Shown here: positions 25,692 to 32,000 of the stretch, piece after piece
Layout of the letters: every line of letters starts with the position of its first letter
Numbering within the stretch: position 1 is the first letter of the stretch
NCBI RefSeq assembly: GCF_000012925.1
Contig: NC_007517.1
Span: forward strand, 630,001 to 662,000
From: Geobacter metallireducens GS-15
GTDB lineage: Bacteria > Desulfobacterota > Desulfuromonadia > Geobacterales > Geobacteraceae
Length of the DNA stretch: 32,000 nt
Direction of reading: 5' to 3'
The notes under the pieces: model-generated
The model's input: only the letters and a program-made list of their open reading frames with translations
Told to the model about the DNA's origin: nothing
The model's database searches: none
Made by a program: the position numbers and the translations under genes

Positions 25692-26372
25692 ATGAAACTG
25701 TCGGTGGTGATGCCGGTTTACAACGAGAAGGCAACCCTTCGTGCCATCTATGAACAGGTGGCGGCGGTGACGATCGACAAGGAGATAATTCTTGTGGATG
25801 ACTGCTCCACCGACGGCACCCGGGAGATCGTCAGGGAACTGGGTGCCACTGGGGCCACGGTGGTTCTCCATGACCGGAACATGGGGAAGGGGGCTGCCTT
25901 GAGGAGCGGCTTCCGGCATGTTACGGGGGACGTGGTTCTCATTCAGGATGCCGATCTTGAGTACGATCCGGGACAGTACCCGCTGCTGATCCAGCCGATT
26001 CTGAACGGCGAGGTCGATGTGGTCTATGGCTCCCGGTTCCTCTCCGGGGAACGCAGCCTCGGCATGTCGTTCTGGAACAGGGCCGGGAACAGGATACTGA
26101 CATATCTTTCCAACACGCTGACAAAACTGGAGCTGACCGACGTCGAAACCTGTTACAAGGTCTTCAGCAGGGACGTCCTGGAGCGGATCACCATAGAAGA
26201 GAACCGGTTCGGCTGTGAACCGGAGATCACCGCAAAGCTGGCGAAACTGGGGGTGAGAATACGTGAGGTCGGGATATCATATCGCGGCAGAACATCCGCC
26301 GAGGGGAAGAAAATCGGCTGGAGGGATTTCATTTCGTCGGTGAGATGCATAGCCAAGTATACTTTGACGTGA
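25692..26372 (+). CDS. Glycosyltransferase family 2, DPM1/ArnC-like polyprenyl-phosphate sugar synthase
   Basis: MKLSVVMPVYNEKATL..IILVDDCSTDGT..VVLIQDADLEYDP.. contains the classic GT2-A DxD/DAD motifs. At 226 aa it is a short soluble form, like dolichyl- or undecaprenyl-phosphate glycosyltransferases. Confidence 0.85.
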   Translation: MKLSVVMPVYNEKATLRAIYEQVAAVTIDKEIILVDDCSTDGTREIVRELGATGATVVLHDRNMGKGAALRSGFRHVTGDVVLIQDADLEYDPGQYPLLIQPILNGEVDVVYGSRFLSGERSLGMSFWNRAGNRILTYLSNTLTKLELTDVETCYKVFSRDVLERITIEENRFGCEPEITAKLAKLGVRIREVGISYRGRTSAEGKKIGWRDFISSVRCIAKYTLT

Positions 26373-26424
26373 TGGGTTGATAACGTCACGGAAGCGTACT
26401 GCCGTTTCACGCTAAAGATCGGGG

Positions 26425-27216
26425 GTGAGTTGCTTGAAGAACAAAATGATCGGCTTTTTCCTGATGGTGTTTTTCTGCTCGATACAGGCAGTTTTTGCCG
26501 CGGATGACACCGGAACCATCACCGGCAAATGGATCACCAAGGAGTACGGCCCCATGACTGACGCGCAGGTGCTGCTGTTCAACGTGGCCAAGGGTCCTCC
26601 TCCGGCAGGCCACAAGTATCTGCGCACCCCCGATATGGGAACCCCCGTCGACCAGGAGGGGGGATTCCGGGTGCAGGCCCCTGCCGGCAGGTACTACCTG
26701 GTCATGCTTAAACGGGTGGACCCCAACAGCGCCGGCCCTCCCCGGGAAGGGGATCCGCAGTATTACGCCCGGGACAAGAAGGGGAAACCGAAGGAGTTCG
26801 TGGTGAAGGCCGGAAAAACCACGAATATCGGCACCATCACCGAGGCGGTCCCCTACCGGAAAGGGGTGGCCGCCGTCAAGGACGGCACGACCGGTATCGA
26901 AGGGACCGTAACCGACAAACAGGGGCAACCCGTGGCCGGTATCCGCGTCTTTGCCTACGAAGCCGCGGAAATGCAAGGGATGCCGCGTTATGCCTCCAAC
27001 GAGACCGGTGCGGACGGGAAGTATGTGCTGGTCCTTACCGGGAAGGGGACCTATTTCCTCAAGGCCCGTACCCATTATGGCGGCGGGAAGCCGGCAGAGG
27101 GCGAATTCCTGGGTGCTTACGGTTCCGGCCCCGTTGTCGTTGATGGCGGGCAACTCCGGCAGGGCATCGATATCCAGGTCACCAGATTCAGTACGCAGCA
27201 ACGCAAGCAGCAATGA
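26425..27216 (+). CDS. Secreted protein with two CarboxypepD_reg/transthyretin-like beta-sandwich modules
   Basis: Signal peptide ..MIGFFLMVFFCSIQAVFA|AD. The modules include ITGKW..DAQVLLFN..EGGFRVQAPAGRYYLVML and IEGTVTDKQGQPVAGIRVFAYE..TGADGKYVLVLTGKGTYFLKA. The start is ambiguous (GTG 26425, TTG 26434 or ATG 26446). Confidence 0.7.
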   Translation: MSCLKNKMIGFFLMVFFCSIQAVFAADDTGTITGKWITKEYGPMTDAQVLLFNVAKGPPPAGHKYLRTPDMGTPVDQEGGFRVQAPAGRYYLVMLKRVDPNSAGPPREGDPQYYARDKKGKPKEFVVKAGKTTNIGTITEAVPYRKGVAAVKDGTTGIEGTVTDKQGQPVAGIRVFAYEAAEMQGMPRYASNETGADGKYVLVLTGKGTYFLKARTHYGGGKPAEGEFLGAYGSGPVVVDGGQLRQGIDIQVTRFSTQQRKQQ

Positions 27217-29216
27217 ATTCCGCAATATCGCTTCTGTTGCTGTCTGTCCTCCTGCTCCTCCCGGCTCCCAGTCGGGCAACGCCGGTGGAGGGGGTGGTGG
27301 TTGCGGAGCAGGGGCCCCTGGAGGGGGCAGTGGTATCCGCCTACGGTTCCCTCAAGGATATCAGCGGTGGAACGCCCCTCTGCCGGTCCTCGCCGGGGGA
27401 AAAGCCCGGCTTCTACCGGTTGAATCTCCCTCCGGGCGCCTACCATCTGGTTGCAACGGGAAATCGGGAAGGGTCGGAGTATTTTTCGTTCCACGGCGCC
27501 AATCCCGTGACCGTCGCCGGCGAGAAGCTCTGGCTCCCCTTTATCGCTACCCCCACGGCTCCGGCCGCAATGAGGAAGTCCGACATCTCCCGGCTCACGG
27601 GGGTCGTCACCTACAAGGGAAAGCCGGTGGCCGGTGCCCAGGTGTCGCTCTATTCCGCCGCCGGGGAACAGTGCAAGGGGCTGGGTGTCGTCACGAAGAC
27701 CACTGACGCCGCGGGGAAATTCGCCATCGACACGGTTGAGGGCGACTACCTGGTGGTGGCCCGGAAGCGGTTGGCGTCCGACAGGGTGATGCAGCTGCGC
27801 AGGGGGGATCTTTTCTGTTACTTTGCCGGCAATCCCGTGACCGTGGCCCCCGGCACGGAAACGGCGGTTGTCATTCCCTGCTATCCCAGGGACGACGTCC
27901 GGGGTTTCCTGGCGGACGGGGCGTCGGTGGGGGGGAAGCGGGGCGGACTGGCCCGCTTCAGGGAGCGAGCCGCGGAGGAACCGAGCCGCTACGGCATTTC
28001 CGGCAGGGTCACCGGCCTGGACGGCAAGCCCGTGGCGGGGCTTGTGGTCATGGCCTTCAAGGGCGAGCCGAACCAGCTCTTCCGCATGAACATCCCCCGG
28101 CTGAAATCGGAATTCATGGCGAAAACCGACGCATCCGGCGCCTTCACGATCGGGTTGAAGGAGCCGGGCACGTACTATCCCGTTGCCCGTGAGTTTACCG
28201 GCATGTCGCCCCATCGGGGGGAGCTGTTCGGACTGTACGAAGGGAATGCGGACCACGCCGTGACCGTGGCGGGGCAGCTTGAGGATGTGAAAATAACGGT
28301 CGGCAGGGTCATGACCGCCAGCGGGGAAGTCCCGGCGCCGGCGGCAACGGTGGAGAAATCCGTGCGGCGCAAGGCTGCGCTGCGCCTGGGCGACACAGTG
28401 ATCGACCGGGATACGGTCTGGAACGGCCGGGTGGAGATTGCCGGAAGGGTGGTGGTGTCCCGGAGAGCTACCCTCACCATCCTCCCGGGAACGGTGGTGA
28501 GGTTCCGGAAAATCGACCGGGACAAGGACGGGATCGGCGACGGCGAGCTGAGGGTGCTCGGAAGGCTGGTGGCGGCGGGGACGCCGCGGCAGCGGATTCG
28601 GTTCATGTCCGCCGAGAAGAAGCCCCGGCCTGGGGATTGGTCGTACATTCTCCTCTTTACCTCGGGGGCGGAGAACGTGCTCCGCTACTGCGTGGTGGAG
28701 CACGCCTTCACGGGGCTCCAGGCCCATTTCTCCCGGGCGGTGGTGAGCGATTCGGTTTTTGCCGGGAACAGCGAAGGGCTGCGGTTCGGCAGGGCCGAAC
28801 TGGTCATCGTCCACAACGACATCGAGCGCAACCGTTACGGCATCCGCTACCACCGGCTGGAGGGGCCGGTGACCATGGAGTACAACCTGATCCGCAACAA
28901 CGACGTGGGGATTTTCTTCGTCCCCTCCGGCCAGAACCGGGTGGATTTCCTGCCGGACGAATACGAGGCGGACCCGGCCTACGCCATGATGCCGGTCATC
29001 AGGTTCAACGCCATAAGCGGGAACCGGGCGCACGACTACCGGTTCGGCGACCGGCAGCGGTACGACACGGTGGCCCGGGACAACTGGTGGGGAACCGCGG
29101 CGCTGGACAGAATTTATTCGAAGATATACGACAGAAAGACCGATGCCGATCTGGGGGCGGTGCTGCTGACCCCCGTTCTCCCCGGGCCTCCGAGTGGCGT
29201 CGGAGTGAGGCAGTGA
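27213..29216 (+). CDS. Secreted fusion of three CarboxypepD_reg-like modules and a C-terminal parallel beta-helix domain
   Basis: ATGA overlap with the upstream gene. Signal peptide LLLLSVLLLLPAPSRA|TP. The modules include VEGVVVAEQGPLEGAVVSAY.., LTGVVTYKGKPVAGAQVSLY..DAAGKFAI.. and ISGRVTGLDGKPVAGLVVMAF..DASGAFTI... The C-terminus carries beta-helix turns (..LRYCVVEHA..VVSDSVFAGNSEG..VIVHNDIERNRYG..MEYNLIRNNDVG..). Confidence 0.75.
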   Translation: MNSAISLLLLSVLLLLPAPSRATPVEGVVVAEQGPLEGAVVSAYGSLKDISGGTPLCRSSPGEKPGFYRLNLPPGAYHLVATGNREGSEYFSFHGANPVTVAGEKLWLPFIATPTAPAAMRKSDISRLTGVVTYKGKPVAGAQVSLYSAAGEQCKGLGVVTKTTDAAGKFAIDTVEGDYLVVARKRLASDRVMQLRRGDLFCYFAGNPVTVAPGTETAVVIPCYPRDDVRGFLADGASVGGKRGGLARFRERAAEEPSRYGISGRVTGLDGKPVAGLVVMAFKGEPNQLFRMNIPRLKSEFMAKTDASGAFTIGLKEPGTYYPVAREFTGMSPHRGELFGLYEGNADHAVTVAGQLEDVKITVGRVMTASGEVPAPAATVEKSVRRKAALRLGDTVIDRDTVWNGRVEIAGRVVVSRRATLTILPGTVVRFRKIDRDKDGIGDGELRVLGRLVAAGTPRQRIRFMSAEKKPRPGDWSYILLFTSGAENVLRYCVVEHAFTGLQAHFSRAVVSDSVFAGNSEGLRFGRAELVIVHNDIERNRYGIRYHRLEGPVTMEYNLIRNNDVGIFFVPSGQNRVDFLPDEYEADPAYAMMPVIRFNAISGNRAHDYRFGDRQRYDTVARDNWWGTAALDRIYSKIYDRKTDADLGAVLLTPVLPGPPSGVGVRQ

Positions 29217-29272
29217 TGCGATCCGGCAAAAAGCAGTTACATCGAGGGCACCAGTTGTAGTAAAGTGCTCTG

Positions 29273-30592
29273 ATGCTCAAGCGTTTCTTCCTTTCCCGAA
29301 AAACCGTTATATCCCTTATTCTTCTCATGCTCGGGGCGATTCTCCTGGGGTACTCGTTCCCGCAACGCTTCCTTACCTCGCCTCCGGAGCTGGACAAGTG
29401 GCAGCTGGCCAATCCGGCCCTGGCAAAACTGTCGCGGGTGCTGGCCCTCGACCATGTCTATACATCACCCTGGTTCGCGGTGCTGCTCGTGCTGTTCCTC
29501 GTTTCGCTCTGCTTCTCCACCTGGGAGCAGTTCCGGCTTGCTCTCCGGAAGAGCCGGGAGGGGGGCGCGGGAGGAGAATCCTTTGAATCTGCCGCCGGCG
29601 CCGCCGAGCTTGCCGCGGGCCTTCGCTCCCTGGGCTATCTGAGGATGGGGGGGCGGGACGGCGCCACCCGGTTTGTCCGCCATCCGTGGGGCTATTGGGG
29701 CAACTTCCTCCTCCACCTGGGGATCGTCGTCTCCATTGCCTCGTCGCTGGTGATCCTTCTCTATGAGAAACGGGCGGTGATCGATCTGCTCGAAGGGGAA
29801 GTGCACAAACCCGGCGCGGACTGGATCAAGGAGGAGCGGGGCCTGCTGGCCGGCAAGCTGGTTCTCCCCGATGCGGTGCGCCTCGACCGGGTTGTGCCGG
29901 AATACTACGACAACGACAACATGCGGCAGCTTACCACCGACTTCAGTTTTGTCGACGCTGCCGGCCGGCCGACGCCGTTGTCGATGCACATCAATAAATC
30001 GATACGGTACAAGGGTGTGCGGATTTTCCAGGGGAAGTCCTACGGCAGGGCATTTTTCGTGAAGTTCACGGGACAGGACGGCCAGGAGCACGGCGAGGTT
30101 TTCTCCCTCGACCAGCCAACTGACCGAAATACTGCCTCATACAAGGATTTTGTCCTCCCCTGGCTGCCGAGCGCACTCAAAACCAAATATTACGGGGATG
30201 CCGACCGGCGTTCCCTTGACGGGAGCAACCCCCTCTTCGTGATGCGCCTCATGGAGGGCGGAAAGGCTGTCGCGGAGCTTCCCCTGAAGGTGGGGGAGAC
30301 GGGGCGCTTGGGCGGCTACACGGCCCAGTTGGTCAAGGTGGAGCGCTGGGGGGGGTTGATTTTTATCGACACCACGGGCATGGCGGGAATTTTCCTCGGA
30401 TTCTTCATCGTCTGCCTGGGCGGGTCGCTGAGCTATTTCTGCCCCCCCCGGGAGTGCTCCCTTTCTCCCTCAGGGGAAGGGTGCCGGCTCTCCTGGCGGG
30501 CAACGCGCTTTGAACGGCTCTACCGCGACGAGTTTGACTATCTCCGCCGGCTGGCGGGGTTGCCCGTTGCGACGGATGAGCGGAATGTTTGA
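29273..30592 (+). CDS. ccsB: ResB/CcsB (Ccs1)-family cytochrome c biogenesis protein, copy 2
   Basis: Same architecture as copy 1: ..KTVISLILLMLGAILLGYSFPQRF.., ..YTSPWFAVLLVLFLVSLCFS.., ..NFLLHLGIVVSIASS.., a large soluble domain and a C-terminal TM (GIFLGFFIVCLGGSL). It is divergent from copy 1 in sequence. Confidence 0.8.
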   Translation: MLKRFFLSRKTVISLILLMLGAILLGYSFPQRFLTSPPELDKWQLANPALAKLSRVLALDHVYTSPWFAVLLVLFLVSLCFSTWEQFRLALRKSREGGAGGESFESAAGAAELAAGLRSLGYLRMGGRDGATRFVRHPWGYWGNFLLHLGIVVSIASSLVILLYEKRAVIDLLEGEVHKPGADWIKEERGLLAGKLVLPDAVRLDRVVPEYYDNDNMRQLTTDFSFVDAAGRPTPLSMHINKSIRYKGVRIFQGKSYGRAFFVKFTGQDGQEHGEVFSLDQPTDRNTASYKDFVLPWLPSALKTKYYGDADRRSLDGSNPLFVMRLMEGGKAVAELPLKVGETGRLGGYTAQLVKVERWGGLIFIDTTGMAGIFLGFFIVCLGGSLSYFCPPRECSLSPSGEGCRLSWRATRFERLYRDEFDYLRRLAGLPVATDERNV

Positions 30593-30620
30593 CTATCTAT
30601 TTCATGGGGAGTTGCATGAC

Positions 30621-31139
30621 ATGATCAAAAAGAGTATTGCCTTGCTTTTGCTGGCCGTTGCGACGGCTTCCTGCAGCAGCGTCGATACGCGGGAAGCGGA
30701 GCAGGTGCGGGAGACGGTGAAACGCTACAACACCCAATTGGCCCAGGGGTACGCGACCATGAACATGGGTGGGCTGGCCCGGGTGGCCGAGGAGCCCCAG
30801 ACTGCCAAGGTCTACTTCCACATGGCGGCCCTGGGCGAGGGGCGGATCAGGATGATGTCGGAGCTCAAGGACATATCCTTCAAGGATATCCGTTTCGCCG
30901 CCGCCACCTCCGCCTCGGTGAAGACCCGGGAGGTCTGGGATTTCCGGCATGTGAACATCGATACCGGGAAAGTGGAGCGGGACGAGAAGGGGTTTGTCTA
31001 CCGGACGAACTACCATCTCGCCAAGAAGAACGGCGCCTGGTGGGTCAGGGATGTTGCCGCGGAGGGCGAGAAGGGGAAAGGCGCCGACACGAAGGCTTCC
31101 CCGGCCGCGCCGGCTTCCGGGAAGGCTTCCGTGCGGTAG
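30621..31139 (+). CDS. Small lipoprotein of unknown function (172 aa)
   Basis: MIKKSIALLLLAVATAS-C is a lipoprotein-type signal (permissive lipobox). GGGGAG lies about 9 nt upstream of the ATG at 30621. The track start at 30510 would overlap ccsB copy 2 by 83 nt. The mature part has alpha+beta character and a Lys/Ala/Pro-rich tail. Confidence 0.65.
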   Translation: MIKKSIALLLLAVATASCSSVDTREAEQVRETVKRYNTQLAQGYATMNMGGLARVAEEPQTAKVYFHMAALGEGRIRMMSELKDISFKDIRFAAATSASVKTREVWDFRHVNIDTGKVERDEKGFVYRTNYHLAKKNGAWWVRDVAAEGEKGKGADTKASPAAPASGKASVR

Positions 31140-31140
31140 G

Positions 31141-31185
31141 CGCCGGTTGACCCGGGGGCGGTACGAATCAACCGGCGATTTTTTC
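31141..31185 (+). terminator. Terminator-like hairpin between the lipoprotein gene and ccsA copy 2
   Basis: CGCCGGTTGA (31141-31150), a 17-nt loop, then TCAACCGGCG (31168-31177). This is a perfect 10-bp stem followed by ATTTTTTC. Confidence 0.6.
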
Positions 31186-31202
31186 AGAGAGGTATGCGTT
31201 TC

Positions 31203-32000
31203 ATGGAAAGCTCTTTTTCGTCAATAACCATCATCCATTGGGCGGCAGTGGTCATCTACGTGCTCGCCACCATCTTCAACGTGGCAGGTCTCATCTTCCG
31301 CAAGGAACGCGCCACGGGGATCAGCTATCTCCTGGTGGGGGCGGGGCTTCTGGTGCACGGCATCGGCATCCTCTGGTGGTGGAAGATTGTCGGGCACGGC
31401 CCGTACATCGGCCGGTTCGAGGTCCTCTCTTCCCAGGCATGGATGGGGCTTTTCCTCTTCATGGTCTTTGCCCACTTCCTGCCGAAGATAAGGCCGGCGA
31501 GCATCCTGGTGTTTCCGGCCGCCTTCCTGATGATCGCCGTCGGCATCTTCTTCGAGCCCCAGGTGAAGATGCTGCCGCCGACGCTGCGCAGTGTCTGGCT
31601 CATCCTCCACGTGACCTTCTACAAGATTTCGGTCTGCACGCTCCTGGTGGCCCTGGCCTTTTCCATCTTCTTCATCCTGCGCAAGCGCACCGGCATCCAG
31701 TGGCTTACCCGCCTCCCCGACATGGAGACCATGGATATTCTCGCCTTCCGCTTCGCCGGCTTCAGCTTCACCTTTTGGGCCATCGCCATGCTGGCGGGGA
31801 GCATCTGGGCCTATGAATCGTGGGGGCGCTTCTGGGGGTGGGACCCCATCGAGACCTGGTCGCTCATTACCTGGGTGGCCTTCGGTATCTACCTGCACCT
31901 GCGGCGCTTCTTCGGGCTGAAGGGGGAAGCGGCGGCTTACCTCTACATCCTCTGCTTCCTGCTGTCGGTCCTCTCCCTCTTCTTTACGCCGCTGATCGGT
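31203..32000 (+). CDS. ccsA: CcsA/ResC cytochrome c-type biogenesis protein, copy 2 (3' end outside the window)
   Basis: It is absent from the ORF track because no stop codon occurs before the window edge. My manual translation from the ATG at 31203 gives MESSFSSITIIHWAAVVIYVL...WLILHVTFYK...SWGRFWGWDPIETWSLITWVAFGIYLHLRR.., which is collinear with copy 1 (WWD motif and flanking His residues). The 225-aa minus-strand ORF at 31221..31898 and the 192-aa + ORF at 31238..31816 are out-of-frame shadows. Confidence 0.85.
   Translation, partial: MESSFSSITIIHWAAVVIYVLATIFNVAGLIFRKERATGISYLLVGAGLLVHGIGILWWWKIVGHGPYIGRFEVLSSQAWMGLFLFMVFAHFLPKIRPASILVFPAAFLMIAVGIFFEPQVKMLPPTLRSVWLILHVTFYKISVCTLLVALAFSIFFILRKRTGIQWLTRLPDMETMDILAFRFAGFSFTFWAIAMLAGSIWAYESWGRFWGWDPIETWSLITWVAFGIYLHLRRFFGLKGEAAAYLYILCFLLSVLSLFFTPLIG

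Noticed and set aside
1-32000. Mobile elements, integrases, tRNA/rRNA genes, toxin-antitoxin or defence systems
   Set aside because: I found no transposase, integrase or recombinase-like translations, no terminal inverted repeats and no tRNA-like cloverleaf candidates. The uniform + strand orientation and the coherent function argue for a chromosomal operon cluster rather than an island with visible mobility genes.

Overview
High-GC (>60%) bacterial chromosome segment. The heme-repeat type suggests Geobacter/Desulfuromonadales, which is an inference. All 18 credible genes are on the + strand. I saw no tRNA, rRNA, CRISPR array, IS element or integrase. Layout: (1) the 3' end of a parallel beta-helix protein gene, a hairpin terminator, then a System II cytochrome c biogenesis pair (ResB/CcsB-like and CcsA, ATGA overlap). 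(2) A 486-nt intergenic region with an AT-rich core and a good sigma-54 -24/-12 match. (3) A cytochrome operon: an 869-aa cytochrome with 21 candidate heme sites, a 2,883-aa lipobox-bearing giant protein (about 1,150 aa of Cys-poor adhesin-like region followed by 34 candidate heme sites), a 20-codon ORF with a strong Shine-Dalgarno, and a clean intrinsic terminator. (4) A tightly packed 16-kb, 12-gene operon: secreted ankyrin-repeat protein, fused polytopic-membrane/spermidine-synthase-like protein, GT-C/TPR glycosyltransferase, GT9, two tandem radical SAM/SPASM-like enzymes, a second GT-C/TPR paralog, DPM1/ArnC-like GT2, two CarboxypepD_reg-type repeat proteins (the second fused to a beta-helix), a second ResB-like gene and a lipoprotein. 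(5) A terminator-like hairpin and a second CcsA running off the window. Main hypothesis: this is a self-contained production line for giant surface cytochromes. It would combine private heme lyases for interleaved CxxCH/CX4CH sites with a periplasmic polyprenyl-phosphate-sugar glycosylation module and radical SAM tailoring enzymes. All functions are inferred by eye from motifs; no searches were run.
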